In this document: piece by piece, positions 26,311 to 38,739 of the stretch | Layout of the letters: each line of letters begins with the position of its first letter | Position numbering within the stretch: the first letter of the stretch is position 1 | DNA from: Cenococcum geophilum | Taxonomy: Eukaryota | Assembly (NCBI GenBank): GCA_050273025.1 | Contig: CP158636.1 | Location: 11,594,001-11,658,000 of the forward strand | Direction of reading: 5' to 3' | Length of the DNA stretch: 64,000 nucleotides | Program-made: the position numbers and the translations under genes | Notes under the pieces: generated by a model | What the model was told of the DNA's origin: nothing | Seen by the model: the letters and a program-made list of their open reading frames with translations, nothing else | Database searches by the model: none

Positions 26311-27506
26311 TCTTTTGTTGCTGTAGAGAAGCCTTCCAAGTACATTTATGTCAGGGTCGGTTCAGAGTTGCTATTAGGCGTTTTAGCCAAAGATGTAGCG
26401 CATGAATAGATGGAAGATCCTAAGAAGTCCTGGGGCGCCAAAAACTTAGGTACTGTTGCCAGTGAAGTACTATGAAGGTTGTCGTCGTGAATTTTAAATC
26501 GAGCGCTCTAGACAAGTAACGCAGTTCAGAGTATCTGATCTGCTCGCAATATTGAACCTGAAAAGGAAAAAAAAATTCTATGTGGGGCCAAGCAGGACAG
26601 ATACATTCTGCCACTCCATTGGTGTGGAAGTGACGTGGTTATCTATGCGTTGTTGATGGAAAGCTCGACCTCTTTCAAGATGAATAGGGAGTGGAAGCGA
26701 GATTGATGCCGCGCGTCTTGGCAACCTACATTTAATTAGGTAGGTATTCGCCCAGGTAGTGCCTTCCCAGTGGACCGCCTTCGCCGTTATTAAATGTGAA
26801 ATGCATCCCACCAGATAATAGCCTGTCTAGAGACTATTTAACCACAATATAAATATCAACTGTAAAATTTTGCCACCCGCTGAGGGATCTGTGACAGTAT
26901 ATATTGTTCTCTGAGGTCTACCTGTCAATTTTATCTTAACTTAAATACCAAGTTAGACTTTAAGTATCTGCAGCAGTTCATTTCTTCGGTTAAGCGTTTG
27001 ACGTATCTTGCGTCGGTAGCTTGTGCGTGAATACAAACATATCATTCAACCATACTGTATTTGTATTGGACCCTGGGGACACCAACAACCAAAGCCCCAA
27101 GAAAAGGAAGCTCCAGAAGGATCAACATGCAAACGCTCTGATCGTTATAGCATAAATTTATTGATGACGGAGAAGTCATTTCATAGTAATATATCTACAG
27201 GAAGAGGGAAAATCATGACCCCATGCCTCTCGTCTGATCTTCGTCCATTTCATCGTCAATCATTACAGCTCGCTGTGCTCTCATGCATACACAAGAAAAC
27301 CCATTAAAGGAAATCCCACGCCAGAGCCCAGAAGGAGACCGTAAAGGAAACATAAGAAAGCCCCAGAACACCACCCATGACGCACAGTAAGAAAACATCA
27401 AATTTATCAACATCTCACCCTCGAGTTTTCCACACTCCTGTCCTTTATTGACCCTTGTACACATTTCACAACTTCCACAACCTCAATTACTCAACTCATC
27501 CCGTCT

Positions 27507-30400
27507 TCAGATCCAATCATCAACCACCTTTTTCCCGGATTCTTTCTCGAATCCTAGCTCCAGCCCGAGCCGCAAATCCATCTTCGGAGCCTCGATCCTA
27601 GGAGCCTTCTCCACCTTCTTCGGGCTCTTAGCTGGACTCTTGAGTGGGCTTCCGGGACCCTTCCCATCACCACACCCCATTCTCACAGCCTTGACGTCCC
27701 AGCCGTCAGCCACTGCAGCCGCTATCCAGGTTCTAAGCCCATCGTGGACGGCGCCGTAGTACTTCTCTTTGCAGGTACGCAAGTAATTGCCCATGACTTT
27801 CTCGAAGCCCGAAGCACGAAATTCGGTGCGGAGGGAGTTACGCTCGGCTTCGGTAGGGAGTGATGCAATGATTCCGTTAAGAAGCTCGAGGTGGGTAGCA
27901 ATATAGTTTGTCGAGTCCCATTCCACACCGCCAATATAGGGAGCGGCAGGTACTGGAAGGCGAGGACCGGGAAAGTGAGTCGCAGTATAGCTTTGATGTC
28001 CTCCGTTAGATGATGGAGAGCTGCTCGGAGAAGGCGGCATGGGAATAACGGTTAGGTGGTGAAGGAAGATCCAGAATACTTCTTTGGTCACGTTATTAAC
28101 CTCGTTGCACCAGACGCGGTAGGGGCGCGGCTGATGCATCTCCTGGATGAAAGGGATCGTTCGAGCATCTTTTTCTTTAATAGGATCTTTCAGGTAGGAC
28201 AGTACAGTACGGGCACGAGAAGGCAGTTCCACTGCGGAAGCAGATGAGAGGTGGGCAACTGCGATACGTCAGCTTCTCATACTTCTTCAGAGGCTCCACG
28301 ATTATGGATATAGTGATTGGAGCCTTACAGAGCAGGCTAACGATGAGGTCTCTATGGGTGAAGTCGCTTGGGCCTTTGCGTTCTTCGTCAAAAAGCATGG
28401 CGAGGAGCGCAGGGAAGAGCGTCGAGGCAATCTCGCAAAGCTCCTTCAGAGCGAGATCTGTGGTACAGAGACCCTTAAGACAACGAAGGACCTCGGCGAG
28501 GAGATCATCATCATGCTGCTCTCTAGATAACAAGATCAGCAAAACATCACAAGTATTGCAACAGAATACATACCGCCATTCCATCTCCATAATCCGGTAT
28601 AACAGACCAACTAGCCCGGTCATTCCACCCTGGCGGATAAAAGTGTCAACCCAATCAACGGTTTCATTTCTAAGCAGAAGACGAAGCTTGTGCAGCTTGC
28701 CAATTTCAACATCTTGCGGCCTCTGCATCTTCCGGAGATAAGAGACAAATTCATCCGGTACAGCGGGCTTTAGGTTTCTTGAGAAGGACGAGCCTTGAGA
28801 AGCGCTAAGGGAAGACAAAGATTTTGAAGAAGGAGATTTAGGAATAGTACTCGGCTTCGGTGCCCTTGAAGCCGTCTGTTCTTCAGCTTTCTGTTTCTTT
28901 GTAGGAGAATCTCCCTTGCTGAACGTGAATGTCCTACTGCGTGGCCTAGTGCGCTTTGTAGAGCTTGCGGAACCGGCAGCCTCTAGAGTCGCGCTCTCCC
29001 CACCATCTTGCGAGGTACATCTAGGTTTCGTTGATCGGCCAAGAGTAGGACGCTTCGAGGTAGTTTCACCCCAAAGAGAACGCTTCGAAGTTGTCTCTTT
29101 CCCAGATTGGGATGCGTCAACCTTGTTTGTACGGACAAAGTCTGCCTTGATTTCAAGCTTGAGTGTACGCATCTGTGCACGCTGATGTTCTGGGATATTC
29201 CTCGATTCCTGTTCCAAGCATTAGCTTCCATGAATGTTCTATTATTTGAAACTTGGGACAACTTACGAGCACAGCTTCGAACTCCGCATTAACAACCTTA
29301 GGATCAAGTTTGACCTGTGTCTCTGCCCCCGCCTCCCTTGCCTTGCCATTGAACGCCGCTACAGCAGCCATGACTCGTGCACCCTTCTTAGCAATTGTGA
29401 GGCCTCTGTTCGATTGCTCATCCTTCGACTTCTGGCTCTCGGAGCTTGTACGCCGTAGCATAGATCTAGTCAACACACCCTTCATATTATGCTCGTTCTT
29501 TGTCCGAGCCTCATTCCCTCTCGTGATGGATAACGGAACCCTCTCATTACTGATCTTTCGAGACAGTGTGTCTATGAAAGAGGAGGTCGAAGCGCTCGTG
29601 GGGAGATATGTGGACCTAGGTCTTTCTTTCTCTTTGGAAGGAACACGCCTCTGGAGTGACGGCTGGCCATAGTCGAAGAAGTTTCGTTGCTTTGACGGAG
29701 AATACTCCGTTGGAGTATACAGAGCTATCTCTTGCTCAATGTTGCGCCGGTCGTTGAGAGGAATAGTGCTTGTAGTCCGTATCTCCTGGAACGGCTGAGA
29801 ACTAAATTGAGCCCAGATCGGGGTGTGAACCTCTGTAACGGCAGAGCTAGGCGGCGTGGTGTTCTCTTTGTCCTTCGCTTGTGATTGATCATTGCCTTCC
29901 TTAGATGCTTTGGATCTCTGGAATACTGCTGCTAAATTGGTAGAGGACTTGGTCTTCTTCGGCCTGCCAGTTGTGTCCTTCTCCGCTTGATGTCGACTGG
30001 ACTCTTTACACTGCTTGTCTTTCTCTTTCTCTTTATCCTTGCCCAGTGAGCGTAGAGACACCGAGCTGAGTGTCTTCTTGTGTAGGCCTTTGGGCTTTGT
30101 TTCCTGCATGTCTCTCGACTTCTGAGGGGAAGATGGATTACTTGGGGGGTTGTGTATCTGCCCCAAGACCCGGTTTTGGTTATGAGGATGATCGGGAGGG
30201 AGCATTGGCATTGCCCCCATAGCCTGCCTGCGGCCATAAGGACCGCTATTCTCAGAATCATTGTACGTCAACGGCGTTCCGTCGGAAGGTGTCCTCTTAT
30301 GGTTCTTCGAGACCATGATTGACTTGAGGACCGATGAAGACTTGTTCCTCCTATGGCCTGGTCTTTCCGCAGTTGAAATTGCTGCTGCCATCGCGTTCAT
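27507..30400 (-). CDS. Formin GTPase-binding domain (Drf_GBD/armadillo) protein lacking FH1/FH2; similar to fission-yeast Rid1-type proteins
   Basis: Exons 30400-29267, 29208-28574, 28522-28329, 28258-27507. GBD-like motifs EFEAVLESRNIPE..R.QM..L...IK..F and LHKLRLLLRNETVDWVDTFI..GG..L, then EVLRCLKGLCTT. No poly-Pro FH1 tract or FH2 domain follows. Confidence 0.78.
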
Positions 30401-30701
30401 GGTGATCCTAAATATTTATTAATCGGATTCGGCAGGGAGCAACATTACTAGTTGGAACTCTCACAGTCTCAGCAATCGCTTGGATAGAGGAATCAAACCA
30501 AACTCCTGGATACAACAGTCCAAGGTCTTGTCAACAGAGAAACAAAAAATTTAATAGTTGTTTCGAGGAAGTCTTAAGACGAGCCTCTTATGGTAAGGAT
30601 ATGAGCGAGCAATAATTCATAGAGATTGACGCTCGAGCCGAGCATTTGTTTGCCAAGTCCCCGTTCCCCAGCAACCACAATTCGTATCCGAAATGCGGAC
30701 T

Positions 30702-30787
30702 AGCGCGTCGTTCCTCCAACGTGTCTTCATTAAAATGTTCGAAAGTTGACCAAGTAGATATAAAAAAAGCGCGTCAGAGCGCGTTTT
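30702..30787 (-). promoter_or_regulatory. Cluster of three MCB-like ACGCG sites upstream of the GBD gene
   Basis: agcgcgtc (~30702), agcgcgtc (~30768) and agcgcgtt (~30778) lie 300-390 bp upstream of the ATG. Confidence 0.35.
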
Positions 30788-33003
30788 CTTGGAAACTTGG
30801 GTTAGCTTAAAAATGAAGCTTCTTAGTCTCTGAAATTATAGCAGAATCCTCATTATATTTTAGTTTGACCGTAAGGGAGTATTGATCTACTTGCCCAGAC
30901 AATGCAAACAAAACGACTATATGATACGAGTAATTATGATAGTACAACCAACCCTTCGTGTTTCGGACACCCCCGTATTCAAAAACAGCGGTGGCTGTTC
31001 TCATTCCATTTTCTTCCTCCACCCCTAACTGCAACCAGCTTACCAAGACCCTATGTTAATGTTAGCCCCCAAGCGTCCCGACTTTCCCGCCCACACGCAT
31101 CCCACGATTACCACCATACGAGGAATCTATTGATAAAACGACGGGCGGCGATGCGGACAGGAACACGGTGAGTAATGAGAAAGCAAATGAGGCAGTAGGT
31201 GGATAAGAGAATTAAGTGGTAAGTACAATTCGTAGATCAATCTAATCCTAATTAGGAAATCAGTGTATGATCAATATGATCAATGCAATCAATCAGAATC
31301 AGATGTAGTGATTTTATAGGAGTCAAAATCTATGGCCTAATTATGATTGCGTTGATTATGTGCAATCCTAGCTCGAGGACTCTCTGTGCGTCTGAGGGGA
31401 GCATTAGAATGAAACCAAGCACATGGTCACCGCTAGTTAGGCTCGAGAAAATCTCTTGACCAGCTGAGCTCCTGGGACAAGTAGGTAGTTCTCCTGGTAC
31501 GGGTTTAGGCGTGCCAGGGATCTGTTACCTTAGCGCGGAATAGTGCAGACTGTGTGAGTGAAGGAACTTTGCAATTGGTAATATCCGCAGGCTTACGTGA
31601 AGCAATCACAAACTTTATAGCGGCATCGAATGCGAACGTGGAATACGTACGATGCTATGGTTTGGTCGTTGAATGTCTCATGCAGAATGAGGCCTTTGCT
31701 GTGGAGAGTTTAGTTGACTGGGACGCCGTTAATTACCATATTATAGGTATCTGCATCTGTAACATGCCTGTGAGGCGTAGGGCTCGAGACGGGGTTATCA
31801 AATTTACATAGGGGCATGGCCCTACCACGGAGTATTGGTGGCTAAAGTTGAGTTGCGCTTGTAACCCGAGAGTATGTTTGTTTCTCTGCTAGCCCACGGA
31901 TTTATGGCATTGCGGCATGGCATTGTGGCACTTTTAGCTTGACAAGTTGACTCAGCGCACAAGGGATCCCAGACATATTCAGGAATTAGGGGCAGCTCAA
32001 ATACAACGAGTTAAAGGGCTAGGGGCTCCATCCGTGTCTTGAGTAACATTACTAGCCATTGTTTGTAGCTCACAAAAGGTAAAAGATCTCTCCAGCTTCA
32101 TCTCATTTCCGTAAGTTATCATGTCTCGGTCGAAGGGCAGTTTTGTCCAACCATTGGGGGTTTTGTGAAAGTATATTTGCCCAAAGGGGTGATGTAATGA
32201 TTCAATTTTGAAGTAGTACACGGCCTCGTCCTTGTGAAAATTAATCGCACAGGTTCAAGCTTCTAGATGAGAGAGCGCAGGAGCTCGCGTCAAACGTTGT
32301 CAATTTGATTCTCGGAGCGATCCCGGGAACGAGACACCTCTCGAAAATACAGAAGTGGGCGACATGAATATGACAGGAGTGACAAGCGAGGGGTGCGCAA
32401 TGCCATCGGGCCTGTACGACACCCAGACTCGCACCTTGCCCAATCTCATCGGGCGATGGCGCAAAATGGTGGTAACGTACATTAACCCTGATACAACTTG
32501 AGGAACTTTACCTAGTAGGTGGTACTCTGATGCTGTTTTTACGTGTAATTGGGCGTCATAAGAGGACAGTTATAATCGGAACTGTAAGCTTTGCAGAGTG
32601 TGGGAATTGAACGAGCGACTTGATTGTAAATGTAGCTCTAAAGCGTCTATATATACACGAGGAAGGTATAGGTAATAAAACAAGAAGGGGAGACTAAAAT
32701 ATAGCTGAAACAGGGTGATACGCTGGTAAGACAGTGGTGTTTCGGCATAGTACCGGTAGTCGGTTACGGGAACACTCGATGACTGAAAACTTTTGTGGAG
32801 TAAACTCTCAGCGCATTTAATACCGTTGTAGGAGCGGGCGAGATGGTAAAGCGGAAGGTGAGTCCTGAATAATGTTTGGACAAAGGTAATATAGTTACAA
32901 TTTTATCTCGTGGATTTCTTTCTTCATTCCATTATATGTCTCTTCCAGATGAGTCTAACGCTTTCCTCTAGAGGCTCCATTTGAGGCTCTGTGGTGAGAC
33001 ATT

Positions 33004-34543
33004 TCAAGCCGGAGGCAAGAAACTTGCGTACAGCCCTCCTTGGATTATAGCATAGCTAGCCATCCAACGAACAACCAAATGCGATGCATTATTTTGGGCC
33101 TTGTCAAAGGTGTGGAGTGGAGTACCATTTACAAGGGATATTGCTATTGCCAGATACCATATTGGATAGCCTGAGGATATGCGATTGATGATCTGCACAT
33201 GGAAACTGGCGAATGCCGTGACAGCAAGTACAAGCTGAGGCAATGCTAAGCGTCGTAGACATCTTCGCTCGATATCACTTGAATCGCTTATTTCTCTAAG
33301 CTCGAGAGTCTTCTGTCTTACGACGCTATTTCTAGGAGATGGCAGGGCATCAAGGGCCTGTGCCTGTAGCCGGCCGCTCAAAGCCATAAAACTGGACTGA
33401 ACCAGGAGCCACAGCATGGGGGCCGCAATAAGAAAGAGTGGTACGTTCGACAAAGTCCAGTACTGGAGAAAGCCCACATCCCTGGTAAAACTTAGACCAA
33501 AAACTCAAAATTTCCCAAGGATTACTTACCAGTAATGGCCCTGAGCCCAAGAATATATACTTGGGAAGAGATTTGTACACCACGGTCTTACGTGTCTATT
33601 AGGCGTTGCAGCTGCACAAAATTCCTCATAAGCTAGCCATTGTGGGCCGAGAAAACCAAGGGCAATAGATAACCCAGCGGCCACAGTAACAACTAATCTT
33701 CGAAGTCCATTTAAGCCTAGGCGGAACCTTAGCAATGGTGGAATAAGAGTTGCGACATCATAGACAAAGATCAGGCCGCTAAGGAGTCCATTACTCCGAA
33801 TAGAAGCCGCCAACGCGAAGCAGCATCCGGATCCGATTAGGTAATAATCTTGGAGAACATCCCAAGAGCTACGATCTTGTCGAGCCCTGTGATGATTGAC
33901 GTAGAGTAGCATCCCGGAGAAGTTGAGTAACGAGAAAAGAGATTCACCGTAAGGCGCAGATAGGAACAGACCAGCTGGCGAAATGATGTGCAAAACTGCT
34001 CCGACAAAGGCTATCTTGCTGTTTTGTGTCTCATTTCTCACCGCGATAAAGAGGCGATGTAATACTAGCACTGATAGAAGGTGAGAGACATGAGAAATGA
34101 AAACTCCTGCCCATATACAAGATTCCAGAGCGTGTTCGGGAGATGGAAAATCTGTGAGCAAGTTCAGCAATACAGATTGACATGCCATAAAAGAATACCA
34201 TACATGAAGCGACAAAGGCAATTAAACGTGCGAAGACCCAACTAAATGCCCATTCCTGTTCATTAACGTATCCTCTTTCTGCAGCCTTTACAAAGTAAAT
34301 AGCGTCCCATCTGACCAAATTGATGGCCAGTCGCTCACGTGTTGTACAAAATTCAGAATGAAAATTACGGTGACTCGCATGGAGGTGGTGTCCTCTGGTT
34401 AAAATGAGTGATGAAGTATCATACCCGGGTAAAGGACTTGCAACAGCGAGAAGGACTAAAACAAATTTCCATAGAACGAAAATTAATACTAGTGACTTAA
34501 TTGGATCATTTGAGGGCCGGCTGAATGGTTTCCATGCAGACAT
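33004..34543 (-). CDS. GPI18: GPI mannosyltransferase 2 (PIG-V)
   Basis: Exons 34543-34204, 34151-33530, 33481-33004. Motifs PGYDTS, LVRWDAIYF..AERGYVNEQEWAF, SPAGLFLSAPYGESLF, RSNG, YSWAQGHYWDVGFLQYWT.SNVPLFL, HVQIINRISSG, C-terminal FLPPA. Confidence 0.95.
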
Positions 34544-34766
34544 GATTCGTAAAACTGATATAAAACAGCTGAATAGATCCGCGAGAGACTGAAAGACGCG
34601 AGCAAAAGTGACAGGAGCTCCAGAGGTCTGTCCCGATGGTCCGGCGCCAAACCCACATTAGCTAGCGCAGAAAATAGACGAAGTCCACAAACTTTCTCAC
34701 CGAAAAACTGATCTTCATTTCGACTTTTATCGCCAACCTCGACTCGTCGCCTACAAAGACAAGACG
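34544..34766. promoter_or_regulatory. Short bidirectional promoter/5' region shared by GPI18 and RPL8
   Basis: Divergent genes. The RPL8 5'UTR exon ends at the GTAAGC donor at 34767, about 220 bp from the GPI18 ATG. Confidence 0.55.
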
Positions 34767-34897
34767 GTAAGCTTCCTTGATATTATGTTTGCATTTCGAA
34801 AGTCGCCAGTGCCCAGCTGCAATGGAGAATTTACACTCGCGATCTCACATGCATGCTGCGGCGCAATACCATCGCATATTTAGCTCTGCTAGATGTT

Positions 34898-34995
34898 GCC
34901 GATGATGAGAATGGCTTGAGTTTGTGAGAGGCAGAAATGCTTTCTCCTACTCTTAGAGATACAGAACTACTTAGTGAACGATATTCGCTGATGGT
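34898..34995 (+). ncRNA. Candidate intronic box C/D snoRNA in the RPL8 5'UTR intron (34767-35014)
   Basis: Box C ATGATGA at 34902-34908, box D CTGA at 34988-34991, short terminal stem gccg/tggt, about 95 nt. Caveats: the CTGA overlaps the likely branch site (gctgat) and no rRNA guide match was recognised. Confidence 0.4.
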
Positions 34996-35027
34996 TTTCT
35001 GTCCTCAATGACAGCCCGACGACCAAG

Positions 35028-35932
35028 ATGCCTCCCAAAGCAAAGAAGACGGCCCCAGCGCCTTTCCCTCAGGGAAAGGCTGGCGCGAAGAAGCAGGCCA
35101 AGGTATGTCCATATCCAATGCTGTCTTTGTGGAACTGAAAATTCTGATGACGAATTTCGTTCGTAGAACCCCCTCATTGAGAAGCGTCCTCGCAACTATG
35201 GTATCGGCCAGGACATCCAACCCAAGCGTAACCTCTCCCGCATGGTGAGGTGGCCCGAGTATGTCCGTCTTCAACGCCAAAAGAAGATCCTCAACCTCCG
35301 CCTCAAAGTCCCCCCTGCGATTTCCCAGTTCCAGCACGTTCTGGACCGAAACACCGCCGCTCAAGCTCTCAAGCTCCTCAACAAATACCGACCCGAGACT
35401 AAGGCCGAGAAGAAGGAGCGTCTGACTAAGGAGGCTACTGCCGTTTCAAAAGGCCAGAAGAAAGAAGATGCCAGCAAGAAACCATATACTGTCAAATACG
35501 GCCTCAACCATGTTGTCGGCCTCATTGAGAACAAAAAGGCAACCCTAGTCTTGATCCCCAACGATGTTGACCCTATCGAGTTGGTTGTGTTCCTTCCCGC
35601 TCTGTGCCGCAAGATGGGCATTCCCTATGCTATAATTAAGGGAAAGGCCAGACTGGGTACCGTTGTCCACAAGAAGGTATGTTGGAATTTACACAATTGT
35701 ACTTTTGCATGTTCTAACTATGGGGTTGTAGACCGCTGCTGTCGTTGCTCTTACTGAGGTCCGATCCGAAGACAAGTCTGAATTCTCCAAGCTTGTCTCT
35801 GCGATCAAGGATGGCTACCTCGAGAAGCACCAGGAGAACATTCGCCACTGGGGCGGTGGTATTATGGGCGCCAAGGCGAACGCTCGTATGGAGAAGCGTA
35901 GGAAAGCGTTGGAGAGCGCCATCAAGATCTAG
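35028..35932 (+). CDS. RPL8: 60S ribosomal protein eL8 (L8/L7a), 261 aa
   Basis: Exons 35028-35102, 35167-35676, 35732-35932. [80 protein letters not shown]. Confidence 0.98.
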
Positions 35933-36393
35933 ATGATTGTGTGATACGGGTATGGGATTTGGGAATCCAGTGTGCTTGTCTGTGCATTTAGCGGGCGTTG
36001 AACACTTAAAAATGAGATGGTCTTGTCACTTATGACGCCAATCAGCCAGCCTATGAAAAGCAGTCTTTGACCTGAATTAGTTTTAACTTGACCTGCCTCA
36101 GTCTGCCCAAGTGTACCGCGAAGGAGTTAGTGAGATGTGTTAGCGTTAATGATGCCTTTCAAGCTTTTTAGTCGATGTTCCCACCCCTCACTGCTATCTC
36201 CGTCATCGGCCATCTAAAACGCGGCAATCAGAAGCTATCGAGCACCGTACGCACTTCTTCGCCAGTAAGTCCGTCCAACCCTTCAACATGCATTGCATAC
36301 TAATATCAATAACAGACACGGGAGCGATCCTTCTCATCTCTTCAATGCGCCTCCCATCCACCGTAGTACCAGAATATCGTCCTCATCGCAACT

Positions 36394-37803
36394 ATGCCTC
36401 TTACCATCCTCTCAGACTCAGATGTCCGCTCCCTCCTCCATTCTCTCACTAAGCAGGACATACTCGATTTGCAGCAGTCCTTAGCTGATGCTCTTCATTA
36501 CTACTCTACCTCCACTGAAGAGGATGCCAATGGCTGCTGCTCTTCATATCAACCGATGCGGACAGCTCTCAAACGGAGCGATGGGCAAACAACGCTCTTT
36601 ATGCCAGCTAGCAGTAACGACGGGCTAGGCGTAAAGATAGTCACGCTTTCAGAACCCTGTGGAGGGAGTATCGACGCATCCCCTATGTCCCCGTTCGACT
36701 CCCTCTCGTTATCCTCTACAAGTGCACCTTCTGCAGGTTCCTCGACTGCCGCGTTCGATGTGCCTGCCGACATCCCTCCCTCAATTAACAGTAGTCAAAG
36801 CACAAGCCCGAAGGGCTCTCTGACGCTACTTGACAAAACGGGCTCACCACGCGCCCTTGTCAACGCAGAAGAAATTACTGCCTTTCGTACAGCACTTGCA
36901 TCGACAATGCTGTTCAAAAAAAGGACAAATGTCCACGATCTCGTCGTTTTTGGGGCCGGAAAGCAAGCGTACTGGCACATACGGCTAGCTCTTCTCCTTC
37001 GAGGGCCCGAAATACACCATCTCAACATTATCAACCGGACCTTCGACACCGCTCATGCGCTTATCGAAAGACTGTACAACCCTTCCGTAACCCCCGCGCC
37101 ATTCCCCCCCATAAACATACCAACTGCCGAGACGACGGATCTTGCCCGACCGAATATCAGCATTATAACGTCTGCTCATAACGAGTACGCTCGCCTCCTG
37201 AAGTCTACCGTTCGCGCCTCCTCTGTCATTTTTTGTACCACGCCCTCACTGGCTCCACTCTTCCCTGCCGAATACCTAACGAATACGGAGGGGCGCAAGA
37301 AAGGGCGCTACATCGCTGCTATTGGCTCGTACAAAGCGCATATGATTGAGTTACACCCGGACATCCTGCGCCAAGCCGTCGCGCCGCAGCATGGACACCA
37401 TCACCACAAGCACGCGCAGCAGGGTGGTGCGGTCGTCGTGGATAGCGTCGAGGCCTGCCTCAAAGAGGCTGGGGAAATAATTCAGGCTGGACTTGGAGGC
37501 CGTGAGGTGGTAGAGATTGGTGAACTCGTTATGCTGAAACGGGATGCGGAGCGCAAGCGGCTTCAGGCGACAGGACAGGGCACAGCGCTTGATGGGAGCG
37601 GCGTGGAGCTAGGAGAAGGGAAGAAGATGAAAGGAAGCGATGGGAAGGAGCATAAGGCGGACAGCGGGCTGATGGAGTGGCTGCAGAGGGGGAATGTGAT
37701 TTATAAGAGTGTAGGGTTGGGCCTGATGGACGTTGTTGTTGGAGGGGATTTAGTGAGGCTGGCGGATGAGAGAGGAGTGGGAACGATGATTGAGAATTTC
37801 TGA
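36394..37803 (+). CDS. Ornithine cyclodeaminase/mu-crystallin family NAD(P)-binding protein (PrnX-like)
   Basis: Intronless 469-aa ORF with TTLFMP..GVKIV, NAEEITAFRTA, Rossmann VVFGAGKQA, IAAIGSY...M.E, VVDS..AC..EAGE and IYKSVGLG.MD. Confidence 0.88.
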   Translation: MPLTILSDSDVRSLLHSLTKQDILDLQQSLADALHYYSTSTEEDANGCCSSYQPMRTALKRSDGQTTLFMPASSNDGLGVKIVTLSEPCGGSIDASPMSPFDSLSLSSTSAPSAGSSTAAFDVPADIPPSINSSQSTSPKGSLTLLDKTGSPRALVNAEEITAFRTALASTMLFKKRTNVHDLVVFGAGKQAYWHIRLALLLRGPEIHHLNIINRTFDTAHALIERLYNPSVTPAPFPPINIPTAETTDLARPNISIITSAHNEYARLLKSTVRASSVIFCTTPSLAPLFPAEYLTNTEGRKKGRYIAAIGSYKAHMIELHPDILRQAVAPQHGHHHHKHAQQGGAVVVDSVEACLKEAGEIIQAGLGGREVVEIGELVMLKRDAERKRLQATGQGTALDGSGVELGEGKKMKGSDGKEHKADSGLMEWLQRGNVIYKSVGLGLMDVVVGGDLVRLADERGVGTMIENF

Positions 37804-38685
37804 AGTACGAAGAGCAGATTCTTTCCATCGACATACACGGCTACGAGTTCTGGTACTCTTATTCATGCTATTCTTGGGAATGGCTCCATCAAAGACACAA
37901 TCAAACTCGTAGACTGATATACTCCAGAGTAGCATAAACGAAGGCTGACCACAGTCAATCGCACTCTCAAGGCTGCAAGTCCTTCAACTTATTTACTGTC
38001 TCAAATTTAGTACGTGGCAGAATTAAACATGGGGAATCAAACGTGGAGCCAGAAAGCAAAGGTGAGGCGCTGCAAGCCAACACGCTCCTGCTGCTTCCAA
38101 CCCTTTTCATGGTCAACGTGGCACCAGATGAAAGAGGTCTGTTCAGTATTGCAATAAAGATAGCTTAGCGAAAGGAGGCATAGATGCAAAGTGAATAAAA
38201 ATACCTGCGTGCGAAACCTCTTCGGTCACTCGATGTCAATGTGAACTACAAGCGGAGGACGCCAGAACATGTCAGCCTTACTATACATATCCAAATCCAG
38301 CATTGATTACAAGCTCTACCGTATTTTACCAGGGCCTGTAAAATAAGACGGCGCTTCAAGCCTTGCATGCATTCTTCCCGGACCCACCCACCTGGACACA
38401 GGGCAGATCTCAGCCTGGTGCCGTACCGCTCCGCTGATAGGCACACCATGACAGCTGGAATAGGTCAACAGACACCTTGGTAAAGACATTCCGCGTCACC
38501 GGTTACGCCACGAGAACAGGCAGCTCAAGGCCCAATAGGGCACTGGAGGCGCCGAGAACCCTAGACGCTGTGGTTCGGCGTGGCTTATTGATTTTCGCCC
38601 TCCATGCAACCTTGACAATTTCCATCTCACCTCCACTTGGAGGGATGACGGTATAGCCTGACTTGGGAGGGCCTTTTGGCCCCAA

Positions 38686-38739
38686 AGGCTGAAGCTGAGT
38701 CGCCTCCAGGCTGAAGCTAAGTCCCCTCCAGGCTGAGGC
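38686..38739. repeat. 22-bp tandem repeat, about 2.5 copies (aggctgaagctRagtcScctcc)
   Basis: Copies at 38686-38707 and 38708-38729 (2 mismatches), partial third copy at 38730-38739. Confidence 0.85.

Noticed and set aside
38686..38739. 22-bp repeats as a CRISPR array
   Set aside because: Copies are directly adjacent with no spacers; eukaryotic context with no cas genes.
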